A DNA stretch of 64,000 bases from Candidatus Gastranaerophilales bacterium (GTDB taxonomy: Bacteria > Cyanobacteriota > Vampirovibrionia > Gastranaerophilales > Gastranaerophilaceae): NCBI GenBank assembly GCA_910588555.1, contig CAJUPC010000007.1:316-64315 (forward strand), given 5' to 3'. The translations under genes and the position numbers were made by a program. This document shows, in pieces, positions 1 through 9,304 of this stretch (position 1 is the stretch's first letter; each line of letters begins with the position of its first letter). The notes under the pieces were generated by a model. It made no database searches, had not been told where the DNA came from, and saw only the letters and a program-made list of their open reading frames with translations.

Positions 1-863
1 TCATGTGCGGTTATTGTACCGTCCGTGCCCTTGCCGTCTTGTCCATCCATAGCGGCAAGCATTGTTGTCAGTTCTTTCCAGTCAACATGTTGATTACCGT
101 TTAAATTAATTTTGTCAAATTCTTTTTCTGCTACCGCTTTTGTTGTTTTAAGTTTTTCAGGGTCCGTTATGCCTTTTGTTTTAAACGCAACATATTCCTC
201 TTTTGTAACATAACCGTCTTTGTTGCCGTTCTGATCAATCAGTGCCGCGTATGATTTAGCAGCTTTGCTTAAATTTGTTTTATACTCTTCTGCATTTTCT
301 GTCTTATCAAAGAATTTGATAGAACCGTCAACAACCTTGTCTTCTTCATTTATAATATTTTTTGTAAAGTCTGCAAAAGCTTGACCCTGTGTTGTATCTT
401 GATTTGCATCAACTTTTTCGGCATCGTTATTGTTATTAATTGTCGCTTGTTGTGTAGGCATGAATTGTAAATTTTGCTGCATAATAGGATATGAGTACGG
501 GTTCATGTAATCATTCAACATGCCGTAATTTGACATATAGCCGCCACAATTCATCCCGAAGTTGTTCTGATAAGCCATAGGAGTGTTAAGTATATCCATA
601 GGATTATTTAACAAATGCTGTGATATGCCTATACCGCCAAAAGTAAACTGTCGTCCAACATATCCGCCGCAGCCCATGTTCATATAACCATTGAAAACAC
701 TACCATTGCAGCAACATCCGTGTGAGCTGTTACCATCTTTCATAACTGCACTCATTATGCCTAAGTTCATTGCTGTTTGGCCGATAACTCCGCTCCATTT
801 AGCTATGTTGCCGTTTTTTAAATGCGTATTAAAAAAGTTTGAAAAGTTTTTTCCAATTGTCAT
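1..863 (-). CDS. EF-hand calcium-binding protein with M/N/G/Q-rich N-terminus (partial, runs off the window edge; not in ORF track)
   Basis: Hand translation from ATG at 863: MTIGKNFSNFFNTHLKNG..., open to position 1. EF-hand-like loops DQNGNKDGYVTKEE, NLNGNQHVDWKE and DGQDGKGTDGTITAH. Confidence 0.8.
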   Translation of the reverse strand, partial: MTIGKNFSNFFNTHLKNGNIAKWSGVIGQTAMNLGIMSAVMKDGNSSHGCCCNGSVFNGYMNMGCGGYVGRQFTFGGIGISQHLLNNPMDILNTPMAYQNNFGMNCGGYMSNYGMLNDYMNPYSYPIMQQNLQFMPTQQATINNNNDAEKVDANQDTTQGQAFADFTKNIINEEDKVVDGSIKFFDKTENAEEYKTNLSKAAKSYAALIDQNGNKDGYVTKEEYVAFKTKGITDPEKLKTTKAVAEKEFDKINLNGNQHVDWKELTTMLAAMDGQDGKGTDGTITAH

Positions 864-876
864 AATTATACTCTCT

Positions 877-946
877 TATATATAAAGTATATATTATTTA
901 TAGAATTGCATAATATTTTGAAATTGTTACAAGATTGTAACAATTT
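877..946 (-). promoter_or_regulatory. Tripartite promoter motif copy A, containing the perfect palindrome AAATTGTTACAA-GA-TTGTAACAATTT (921-946)
   Basis: Minus strand TGTTAC-N5-TGTAAC-N16-GCAATT-N15-ACTTTATATATA. Same spacing recurs at 22709, 23390, 42147 and 62889. Confidence 0.7.
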
Positions 947-958
947 AATGTATTAAAT

Positions 959-985
959 TAAAGTTTTTGATGAAAATGCCGACAT
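959..985 (+). promoter_or_regulatory. Sigma28 (FliA/SigD)-type promoter
   Basis: TAAA(GTTT)-N15-GCCGACAT versus consensus TAAA-N15-GCCGATAA, 35 nt before the 1021 ATG. Confidence 0.75.
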
Positions 986-1020
986 GTAATAGTGAAAGTT
1001 ACTAAGAAAGGGAATTCGTC

Positions 1021-2946
1021 ATGGGAATGGCGGCAGGACAAGCAAGATTACTATCTATAACATCAAGAATGTCTGATAACGAATTGCGCGCTCAGCTTAT
1101 CAACAACGATAAGATGCGCCTTGCCACAAAAAGTTCTCAGGCAAGCGAAAACTATGTAAAAGCATTAAATGAAGCAGAAATGATGTTTACAAATTATGAT
1201 GAAAAGAATAATACAACTTTTCAAAAATTGACATTTAATGCAATGACTGCATTTAACCCTTATAATAACCAGTATTCATTATCAAATGCTTCAGGTAAGC
1301 TTTTGGTATCGGAAAAAGATGCTGCAAACTTCAAAAACTCAACTAAATTAGAAGATTTTCTTAAATTATATGGATTAGAACAAACTACAACTTATTTTAA
1401 AGGTTTGCCGACAGTTAACGGTCAGGTTCAATATCCAACAACTGCTGTTGATGCAAATGGTGATGTTGTATTTGCAAATGCAGGTACACCTGCTGACCTT
1501 CAAAAATTATATGAAGGTATTGAAGGCAATACACCATCTTATGAAAATATTTTGGCTTCAGACTATTATTATAATTATACAGATAAATTAAAGACATATA
1601 CGACAGCTCAGGAAGATTTGTATGCAACTGTTGCAGAACAAATGATTAAAAAATTGAATTCTCTGCAGTTATCATGCGGTGGTACTCTAGGTGAAATTGA
1701 AAAGTCAACTAAGCCAATTGCAGAAATACATCAATCATTAGCAAATTTAATTGACAGAATGCTTAATGATAGAGAGCTTTCAAAATATTTACTTGTAGAT
1801 AATAATACAAATGCTCCTGTAAAACAGACTTATTTAGAGGACTTGAAAGATAAAGCATTAAAGGCGGCTACAGGTTTAAATCTTGAATTTAAAGAAGGTA
1901 ATTCTTTGACATACACTGATAACGGATATGTTATTGTTGATGAATTTGCCATAAATTTAACTACAGGTATTACTTATCTTTTGGATGAAGACGAAAATAT
2001 AACAGATACTGTTGCAAATGTTACCTGCACAAAAAACGGTAACACTTATAATTTAGATTTTTATCAAAATGAAGAGGGCGAATATTCTACAACAGGAAGT
2101 CCTGAAAATCACGTTACAATAAGAGGTATACCTGACAAATTAGATCCGGATGCTACGGTGAAAGTAACATCAGCTCTTACTGAAGAAGAGAGCAAGGTTG
2201 TTAAAAATAAAATTGTAAACGGCTTAAGAAGTGCTATTTACAATATTTGGGATCCTTCTAATGAAGAATTTATTGATAAATCGTCTTCAGAATACGCTAA
2301 CTACGTAGATGCAGCTAGAGATTTAGCAAATACTCTGGGTATTACAAATTTAGGAACAGAGTTGTCTGATTATGAAAAACTGGGTAATATTACAGAAAAT
2401 AATTTTAATTTTAGAGATCAAGATAAAAGAAATGAATTTAATAATATTGTAAATTCAATTATACTTGATAATGTAATGAATACATACGGTGAACCTAAAT
2501 ATACCTGGATTGATACCAGCAAACCTAATGACTCATATAACGTCAATGGTGAAGCAAAAGCTCAATGGTATACAAACTTGTATGAACGTATGAAGAAAAC
2601 CGGTTATGAAGTATTAAAAGACGGTCTTGCTTCAAGTGCCGAATGGATTAAATTTGCTCTTGAAAGCGGCATTGTTACAATGGAACAGGTTGATGACTCT
2701 AACAACTGGAAAACAATTATGTATTCAAATTGTAGTGACATTACAGAAAAAACAGATTCTGCAGCAGTTGCTAAAGCAGAAGCAGAATATAATGCAGCAA
2801 TGAATAAAATCGAAAATAAAGATAAAATGTATGACCTTGAATTGAAAAATATTGATACAGAACACAATTCTTTGCAGACAGAATACGACTCAATTAAATC
2901 AGCTATTGATAAAAATATTGAAAGAACATTTAAACTTTACGGTTAA
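1021..2946 (+). CDS. Lineage-specific protein with coiled-coil N- and C-termini and a variable N/T-rich centre (flagellin-like architecture)
   Basis: 641 aa with RBS AAAGGGA. N-term MGMAAGQARLLSITSRMSDNELRAQ; C-term heptad helix IENKDKMYDLELKNIDTEHNSLQTEYDSIK. No Sec signal. Confidence 0.85.
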   Translation: MGMAAGQARLLSITSRMSDNELRAQLINNDKMRLATKSSQASENYVKALNEAEMMFTNYDEKNNTTFQKLTFNAMTAFNPYNNQYSLSNASGKLLVSEKDAANFKNSTKLEDFLKLYGLEQTTTYFKGLPTVNGQVQYPTTAVDANGDVVFANAGTPADLQKLYEGIEGNTPSYENILASDYYYNYTDKLKTYTTAQEDLYATVAEQMIKKLNSLQLSCGGTLGEIEKSTKPIAEIHQSLANLIDRMLNDRELSKYLLVDNNTNAPVKQTYLEDLKDKALKAATGLNLEFKEGNSLTYTDNGYVIVDEFAINLTTGITYLLDEDENITDTVANVTCTKNGNTYNLDFYQNEEGEYSTTGSPENHVTIRGIPDKLDPDATVKVTSALTEEESKVVKNKIVNGLRSAIYNIWDPSNEEFIDKSSSEYANYVDAARDLANTLGITNLGTELSDYEKLGNITENNFNFRDQDKRNEFNNIVNSIILDNVMNTYGEPKYTWIDTSKPNDSYNVNGEAKAQWYTNLYERMKKTGYEVLKDGLASSAEWIKFALESGIVTMEQVDDSNNWKTIMYSNCSDITEKTDSAAVAKAEAEYNAAMNKIENKDKMYDLELKNIDTEHNSLQTEYDSIKSAIDKNIERTFKLYG

Positions 2947-2989
2947 TAATTAGCCCTGAATAAATTTTTATGCTAAACTCTTCTTTATT

Positions 2990-4498
2990 ATGAATAAGAA
3001 GAGTTTTGTATTTTATTTAGCCTTGTTTTTATTAATTTTGACATTTTCAATGTCAGCGAATTATTTTGATTATGACCTTTGGGCAAGGTTAATTGCAGGT
3101 ATGGGAGTTGTAGACGGCGGTCATGTATTGACACAGGATTTTTTATCGTATACTCCGGTTCATACGTGGTTTGATCATGAATGGGGGTCAGGTGTAATTT
3201 TTTATCTGTTTTTAAAATTTTTCGGACCGTATAGTTTGATTATATTGCAGGCATTATTGCTTTTCGGAATTTTCTTTACTGCTTCAAAAGTTGTAAAACT
3301 TCGAAATAATAACCCTTACAATATATTATTTTACTTTTTTGCTCTGATGGCAGCGTTAAATACTTTACAAAACCCCGTAAGATGTCACATGTTCAGCTTT
3401 TTGCTTTTTACCGTATTTATTTATATATTTGAGCTTGTGCGACGCGGTAAAACGAAACTTCTGTATTTTGTACCGTTCTTAATTATATTTTGGAATAATG
3501 TTCATGGCGGAGTTGTATCAGGACTGGGATTACTCGCTATATACGCATTTGGAGAATTTTTAAACCATAAACCGTTTAAAAAATATTTGATAACACTGGC
3601 AGTTTCAATTCCCGCTTTGCTAATAAATCCATGGGGATATGATTATTTAAAATTTCTGCTAATGGCAAATACCATGCAAAGAACTTATATCGTTGAATGG
3701 TGGAGTATATTTTCCAAATACCATCTGTTTAAATTTCTTCAATTTAAATTTTTCATGATTGCATCAGTAATTATCGAAATTATTGCAGTTGCAAAATGCT
3801 TGCCTGATAAGCTGAAAGATTGGTATAATAACGCTGATAAAGTTAAATATACCCTCATTTTAACAACATTATACCTTGCAATAAGCCATGTTAAACTTAT
3901 GCCGTTCTTTGTAATAACTTCGTTGTGTTTTATATATGAGGATTTTTACAAACTTATAGAAAATGTGAAATTTCCGCTATGGAAAGACAAAATTGTTTAC
4001 GGATTTATAATTTTACTTTCAATATTTACACTGACAGTAAAAGAATTTTCTGTGCCTGTAGGCATGCGAAATTATCCGATTAAAGAAGTCGAATTTATCA
4101 AGAAGAATAACATAAAAGGCAAAATACTTGTTGATTTTGGCTACGGAAGCTACGTTTCATATAAACTTTATCCGCATAATTTAATATTCATGGATGGCAG
4201 ATATGAAGAAGTTTATTATGACTATATGGTTCCAATGCTGAAAGAATTTTCACTCTCTTATCCGCATTGGAAAGAAATTCTGACTTATTTCCCGCCGGAT
4301 GTAATGATTATAGAGAAAAAATACCCGATTTATAAGACTTTAAAAGAGTATAAAGAATGGAAAGAGGTCTATGAAGGCAGGCAGTTTGGAGTATTTATGC
4401 CATCTAAGAATGCAAACAGAGAATTTGAACAGCCGACTGATGACTTAAAATATTATAAAAATACTCTATTTACTACAGACATAAATTTTAAATCGTAG
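2990..4498 (+). CDS. Multi-pass membrane protein, probable GT-C fold glycosyltransferase
   Basis: Many TM segments, DYDLWARL after TM1, W-x-N-x-HGG and INPWG motifs, soluble C-terminal FMDGRYE domain. Confidence 0.55.
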   Translation: MNKKSFVFYLALFLLILTFSMSANYFDYDLWARLIAGMGVVDGGHVLTQDFLSYTPVHTWFDHEWGSGVIFYLFLKFFGPYSLIILQALLLFGIFFTASKVVKLRNNNPYNILFYFFALMAALNTLQNPVRCHMFSFLLFTVFIYIFELVRRGKTKLLYFVPFLIIFWNNVHGGVVSGLGLLAIYAFGEFLNHKPFKKYLITLAVSIPALLINPWGYDYLKFLLMANTMQRTYIVEWWSIFSKYHLFKFLQFKFFMIASVIIEIIAVAKCLPDKLKDWYNNADKVKYTLILTTLYLAISHVKLMPFFVITSLCFIYEDFYKLIENVKFPLWKDKIVYGFIILLSIFTLTVKEFSVPVGMRNYPIKEVEFIKKNNIKGKILVDFGYGSYVSYKLYPHNLIFMDGRYEEVYYDYMVPMLKEFSLSYPHWKEILTYFPPDVMIIEKKYPIYKTLKEYKEWKEVYEGRQFGVFMPSKNANREFEQPTDDLKYYKNTLFTTDINFKS

Positions 4499-4510
4499 TA
4501 TAATTATTTT

Positions 4511-5713
4511 ATGAAAAACAGTTTGAAATATACATGCTTATTTGGCGGCGGTGCTATACGCGGAGTTTCTTATATAGGTGCTATAAAAGCTTTTGAAGAA
4601 CTCGGTATAAATCCTACAACACTTGCCGGTTCGTCGGTGGGCTCTATTATTGCTGCGCTTCTGGCTGTAGGATACACATCAAAAGAGTTAAAAAGCATAT
4701 TTTTGAAAGTTAATTTTGAACTGTTTAAAGACATTTCACTAGGTTTAGGACCAGTTTTTGCTCTAAGCAAAGGCGAAGTTTTTTTAGAATGGATTAGAGA
4801 ATTAATAGAGATAAAATATTACGGTAAAAAGTATAAAAAAGGTGCTAATAAAGCTGTAACATTTAAAGATATAGAAAAAAATATCGTAATTATTACTACA
4901 AATTTGTCCAATTTTGAATGTAAAGAGTTCTCAAAATTTGAAACTCCTGATTATGAAATAGCTTCTGCAATAAGAATTTCTTGCTGTATGCCCGGTTTGA
5001 TGAAACCAATAGAATACAATAAAACTCTTCTTGTTGACGGAGATTTGCAAAAAAGCTGGCCTATGTGGAAGCTTTCAAAAAACTTGTTCAGAGAAGATGA
5101 AAGAATTTTGGAATTTCGTCTTGAAGGTTATTATGACAGTAATGATATTTCCGGTATCAACTATGTAAATGCTGTATATAGCTGCATGACAGCGATGTCA
5201 ACTTCTTTTGTAACAAATATATATGCTCAAAAAGATAAATTTGACTATATTGTGTTAAATACAGGTGATATCGTTGTTGTTGATTTTAATATAAGCGAAG
5301 CAAAACGAAATGATTTGATAAGTTCTGGTTATAACCAGACAATGGCGTATTTTAAAGACTTTTTACCCGATAAAAAAGCTAAAATTCTAAAAAATTATGA
5401 ATTAATTCTTTCACACATGCTAAAAATTCAGAAGCAAATTAATGCGAAAAAAATTATAAAAGCTAAAATTCAGCTTGGCGATTTATTTACAGATTTATGC
5501 GATTTGCAAAATATAATTGATAATGTTGATTTTGAGTCTATAAAAGCATTTAAGCAGATATTTTTGAAAAATGTGCAATACCCTGCACTATTTGGTAAAA
5601 CAACTTTGAAAAATGAAAATCTCGTGAAAGCTGAATTACAGCAAGTAAATAATAATTTGGCTTCCAAACTAGAAGAATTAAATAAGTATTTAGAAACTTA
5701 TCCGATAAAATAA
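4511..5713 (+). CDS. Patatin-like phospholipase
   Basis: GGGAIRG oxyanion loop, GSSVG nucleophile motif, LVDGD catalytic Asp. Confidence 0.85.
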   Translation: MKNSLKYTCLFGGGAIRGVSYIGAIKAFEELGINPTTLAGSSVGSIIAALLAVGYTSKELKSIFLKVNFELFKDISLGLGPVFALSKGEVFLEWIRELIEIKYYGKKYKKGANKAVTFKDIEKNIVIITTNLSNFECKEFSKFETPDYEIASAIRISCCMPGLMKPIEYNKTLLVDGDLQKSWPMWKLSKNLFREDERILEFRLEGYYDSNDISGINYVNAVYSCMTAMSTSFVTNIYAQKDKFDYIVLNTGDIVVVDFNISEAKRNDLISSGYNQTMAYFKDFLPDKKAKILKNYELILSHMLKIQKQINAKKIIKAKIQLGDLFTDLCDLQNIIDNVDFESIKAFKQIFLKNVQYPALFGKTTLKNENLVKAELQQVNNNLASKLEELNKYLETYPIK

Positions 5714-5762
5714 ATTCTTGACAATGAAATATATTTAGGTTATTATCATGAGGTGGAAAAAA

Positions 5763-5848
5763 GCCCTGGTGGCGGAATCGGTAGACGCGTCGGACTTAAA
5801 ATCCGGTTGGAGTTAAATCCAGTGCCAGTTCAAGTCTGGCCCAGGGCA
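5763..5848 (+). tRNA. tRNA-Leu (anticodon TAA), long variable arm, CCA not encoded
   Basis: Acceptor GCCCTGG/CCAGGGC, D-loop GG, anticodon loop CTTAAAA, T-loop GTTCAAG. Upstream TTGACA promoter. Confidence 0.95.
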
Positions 5849-5852
5849 AATT

Positions 5853-5886
5853 AAAAAAAAGAACTCATTAAATGAGTTCTTTTTTT
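5853..5886. terminator. Bidirectional intrinsic terminator between tRNA-Leu and thrB
   Basis: A-run, AGAACTCAT-TAA-ATGAGTTCT, T-run. Confidence 0.85.
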
Positions 5887-5909
5887 ATTGATTAATTATA
5901 GATAAATTT

Positions 5910-6854
5910 TTATTCATGAGTTATAATCTGTGCGCCATCTTTTTCTACGGGCATAGTCATTATATTAACTTTAACATTCATACTTTCCCATGTTTCTTTT
6001 ACAATTGATTTAATTTTATCAAGATTGTTTTTATGAGAAATAATAAGAATTGACGGTCCTGCACCGCTTAATACACATCCGATTACATTTTCTTCATGTT
6101 TAAGGTTTTCAATAATCTGTTCAAGACCCGGAACTAATTTCATTCTATAAGGCTGATGTAACCTGTCTTGCAAAGCATATTTCATTAAATCAGTGTCTTT
6201 TGTGTTAACAGCCTCAATAAACATTCCGAGACGCTTAGCATTGAATACTGCGTCCTCCATCGGAACTTCTTTTGGCAGTACTGAACGTGAAATATCTGTT
6301 GAAAGCTCATAATCAGGCACACAAACAGTAATAGCCCATTCCTCTGGCCAATCAAGTTTTCTGTATAAAATAGTTCCGTCATCTTCTTGAGAAGAAAGTA
6401 CAAGCCCGCCTACAATTGCTGGTGTTACGTTGTCGGGATGTCCTTCAACTTCTGTTGCAATTGATAAAAGAGCTACTTCATCTGCCGGTCTGCCTAAAAG
6501 TTCATTTGCCGCAAGAAGTCCTCCGACAATAACAGAAGCACTGCTTCCTAAGCCTCTTGCAATAGGAATTTGCGATTGAACAGTTATTTTAAGTTCACTC
6601 GGTGTTTGCCCGATAGAGTTGTACAAAAGTTCAACAGCCTTGTAAATAATGCTGTTTTCGTCCAAAGGAATGTGTTCAGTCAACAAATCGTCTTCTGACG
6701 CATTGTCGTTTAAAACATTTATTTCAATACCTGTTCCCGGTAAGACAGTTTCTTCAATAGTAATAGTATTGTAAAGCGGTAACGCCATACCTAAACAATC
6801 AAATCCTGAACCTATATTAGCCGTTGTTGCGGGCACTTTTACACTTATTTTCAT
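5910..6854 (-). CDS. thrB: Homoserine kinase
   Basis: VPATTANIGSGFD, PIARGLGSSA GHMP motif, EGHPDN, LSGAGPS. Confidence 0.97.
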   Translation of the reverse strand: MKISVKVPATTANIGSGFDCLGMALPLYNTITIEETVLPGTGIEINVLNDNASEDDLLTEHIPLDENSIIYKAVELLYNSIGQTPSELKITVQSQIPIARGLGSSASVIVGGLLAANELLGRPADEVALLSIATEVEGHPDNVTPAIVGGLVLSSQEDDGTILYRKLDWPEEWAITVCVPDYELSTDISRSVLPKEVPMEDAVFNAKRLGMFIEAVNTKDTDLMKYALQDRLHQPYRMKLVPGLEQIIENLKHEENVIGCVLSGAGPSILIISHKNNLDKIKSIVKETWESMNVKVNIMTMPVEKDGAQIITHE

Positions 6855-6939
6855 AATTCCCTCATTATATATTACCTGAATATTATATCAAAAACATTAA
6901 AATTTTGCCAATATTTAAGATACATTCTATAATAGGTAT

Positions 6940-8142
6940 ATGTACGAATTATATCCATACTTTACAAATGATGGCTCAGTAGGCTTGTTCTCTCCTGAAG
7001 CTGATGACATTTACCATTCAACATACGGAGCTTTAACAGAAAGTTATGAAAAATTTATTCTGCCTTCTGATATAAAAAATTTTTTGAAAAAAAATAATGA
7101 AATAAAAATTTTAGATATTTGTTTTGGAATTGGTTACAACACAAAAAGTTTGTTAAATGAAGTTATCAATTTTTACTATAACGAACAGATAGATACTGAT
7201 AATATTAAATGTATCAATAAGGTAGATACCAATAACAAAAAGTATAAAGTTTTTATACATGCAATAGACACGGATAAAAATTTGGCGCATTTATCTCCTT
7301 TTTTTATTGCCGACAAAAAGAATATTAAAAACGAAAAACTTTCTTTTAATCAGGAAAAAATTAAAAGGATGATGTCAGAAAATGTTGTGCAAAGGTTTAA
7401 ACTTCGAAAAGAAGTAAATATTTTATTGCTTCAAAAGCTGTACAAAACAATTGATATAGATACAGAAGCATTATTGTCTGATAAAAAATACACCAAGTAT
7501 TTTGATAAATTTATGATACATTTATACAGGTTTTATAAAAATAAAAGGTGTAATTTAACCCCTATACGGCTGCTAGCGCACTTATTACATAATATACATT
7601 ATAGGTACATATCTAGGAGTAATAAAAGGGCTATAAATAGCCTTAAATTACTTAATTTTGATTTTAAACTTAGTATTGAGGATGCAAGGTTGGCTGTTAA
7701 AAATGATAATAACACCTATAATTTTATATTTTTGGACGCTTTTACTCCTGTAAAATGTCCTTGTTTATGGACAGTTGACTTTTTTAAACTGCTTTATCAA
7801 CATTTAGATGACAACGGAATGATTTTGACGTATTCAAATTCAGCATTAGTCAGAAATGCATTTATAAACGCAGGATTTTATGTCGGAAAAATTTATTCCG
7901 AAAGCGCAGGTAAATTCACCGGTACTATTGCAGTTAAAAATAAATCTCTAATAAAACATGAGCTCTCAGAATACGATTTAGGGCTTATAAAAACTAAAGC
8001 AGGTATATTTTATCGTGATGAAAATTTAAACCTTGATAATGAGGCTATTATCGCTACTCACAAAATTGAAGTTGAAAATTCAAACTTAATGTCAAGTTCA
8101 AAATATATAAAAAATAATAAGAGCAACAAGAAAATATTATAA
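6940..8142 (+). CDS. MnmC-like SAM-dependent methyltransferase (tRNA mnm5s2U family) with a central insertion
   Basis: TNDGS, YHSTYGALTES, LDICFGIGYN, FLDAFTP..CPCLWT and LTYS motifs. Confidence 0.75.
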   Translation: MYELYPYFTNDGSVGLFSPEADDIYHSTYGALTESYEKFILPSDIKNFLKKNNEIKILDICFGIGYNTKSLLNEVINFYYNEQIDTDNIKCINKVDTNNKKYKVFIHAIDTDKNLAHLSPFFIADKKNIKNEKLSFNQEKIKRMMSENVVQRFKLRKEVNILLLQKLYKTIDIDTEALLSDKKYTKYFDKFMIHLYRFYKNKRCNLTPIRLLAHLLHNIHYRYISRSNKRAINSLKLLNFDFKLSIEDARLAVKNDNNTYNFIFLDAFTPVKCPCLWTVDFFKLLYQHLDDNGMILTYSNSALVRNAFINAGFYVGKIYSESAGKFTGTIAVKNKSLIKHELSEYDLGLIKTKAGIFYRDENLNLDNEAIIATHKIEVENSNLMSSSKYIKNNKSNKKIL

Positions 8143-8168
8143 GTATATAGCTTAGCGATATATAGAAA

Positions 8169-8384
8169 TTATTCTTCTGATATTTTTTTGAGAATAATTT
8201 CATATCCCAAAATTTTTGCAAAGAATTCAAATTCTTCAAAATCTAATGTTCCACGCCCTAGTTTATGTGAAAGCCCGTCAAGTGTATACTTGCGTTTTCC
8301 TTGTTCTGTTGCTATTTTGGCAAGTTCTTTTAATGTTAAACATTCTTTAGCCAATAATATTTTTACATATTCTTTTGCTGTCAT
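8169..8384 (-). CDS. Small HTH (Cro/XRE-like) DNA-binding protein, divergent from a pilin gene
   Basis: 71 aa, TLKELAK...LSHKLGRGTL...FAKILGYEI pattern, RBS AAGGGA. Confidence 0.65.
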   Translation of the reverse strand: MTAKEYVKILLAKECLTLKELAKIATEQGKRKYTLDGLSHKLGRGTLDFEEFEFFAKILGYEIILKKISEE

Positions 8385-8412
8385 GATAATCCCTTAGATA
8401 TATTTTACAAAT

Positions 8413-8472
8413 TATTGACTATATTGACAATTTATAGAAAAGTAGATATAATTATTGATATAATAGTCAATA
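8413..8472 (+). promoter_or_regulatory. Consensus sigma70 promoter of the pilin gene flanked by two palindromic operator-like sites
   Basis: TTGACA(8424)-N17-TATAAT(8447). TATTGA-N8-TCAATA at 8453-8472 and imperfect TATTGA-N8-ACAATT at 8413-8432. Confidence 0.7.
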
Positions 8473-8521
8473 TATTGGAATTTAATCCAACTTATTATTA
8501 ATAAAACTTTATGGAGGTAAT

Positions 8522-9256
8522 ATGAAAAAAGTTTTTACATTGGCGGAGGTTTTTTATCCTGTCGAACAGTCGAAAAAGTTTGCATTCACATTGGCAGAGG
8601 TTTTTAACCCAGCCGAACAGTCGAAAAGGTTTGCATTTACGTTGGCAGAGGTTCTAATAACATTAGGTATTATCGGTGTTGTAGCTGCACTGACTATGCC
8701 GTCGCTTATTCAAAACCACAAAAAACAAACAACATTATCAAAACTAAAAAAAATATCGGCTGCACTCGGGCAAGCTAATAGTTTAGCAGTAGTTGAATAT
8801 GGAAATTACAGAGAAAATTTTGCGCAGTGGAATGCTGATGAAGCTTTAGAGATGTTTGAAAAATATTATACTCCTTACATGAAAATTGATAAGGTTGAGA
8901 AGGGTAAAAAAGGCGTATTTGCCTATCTTACTGATGGTACAGCGTTATATTTCTTTAGGAATTGGAGAACGCCTGAAATGGAAGGCTGGTATAATGTATT
9001 TTTTGTAGCTTGCTTAACACATAATGCTTGCAAAGCTTTAAATGAAACATCAGAGCAAACCATAAATAAATCATTAGGGGTTGAAAGATTTATTTTATAC
9101 ACAAATGGTATGCTACCCAGCTATCACTACTTATCTGGAGGCACAAGGGCGCAAGCAATTGAAGACTGTAAAAACGGTACAAGCAAAGAAGGCTGTTCAG
9201 CTTTAATTGGAGGCGATAGCTGGCAGATTAAGAAAGATTATCCATTTAAATTTTAA
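8522..9256 (+). CDS. Type IV pilin-like protein with triplicated prepilin motif
   Basis: AFTLAEVLITLGIIGVVAALT N-methylation motif, RBS GGAGGT, C-terminal Cys pair. Confidence 0.9.
   Translation: MKKVFTLAEVFYPVEQSKKFAFTLAEVFNPAEQSKRFAFTLAEVLITLGIIGVVAALTMPSLIQNHKKQTTLSKLKKISAALGQANSLAVVEYGNYRENFAQWNADEALEMFEKYYTPYMKIDKVEKGKKGVFAYLTDGTALYFFRNWRTPEMEGWYNVFFVACLTHNACKALNETSEQTINKSLGVERFILYTNGMLPSYHYLSGGTRAQAIEDCKNGTSKEGCSALIGGDSWQIKKDYPFKF
8534..8653 (+). repeat. 51-bp (17-aa) tandem repeat of the prepilin cleavage region, about 2.3 copies
   Basis: FTLAEVFYPVEQSKKFA / FTLAEVFNPAEQSKRFA / FTLAEV. Confidence 0.9.
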
Positions 9257-9304
9257 TTTTGTTTAAAGATTTGCAATTTATATAAAATATTTTATAATTT
9301 ATAT

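Noticed and set aside
691..885. 64-aa plus-strand ORF, and the many other short antisense or nested ORFs in the track
   Set aside because: They are shadows of longer, motif-bearing genes on the opposite strand or frame, with no RBS or motifs.
5763..5848. Group I intron typical of many cyanobacterial tRNA-Leu(UAA) genes
   Set aside because: The anticodon loop is uninterrupted.
8534..8653. CRISPR array or DGR template/variable repeat
   Set aside because: It is an in-frame coding tandem repeat with no unique spacers, and no cas or reverse transcriptase gene is in the window.
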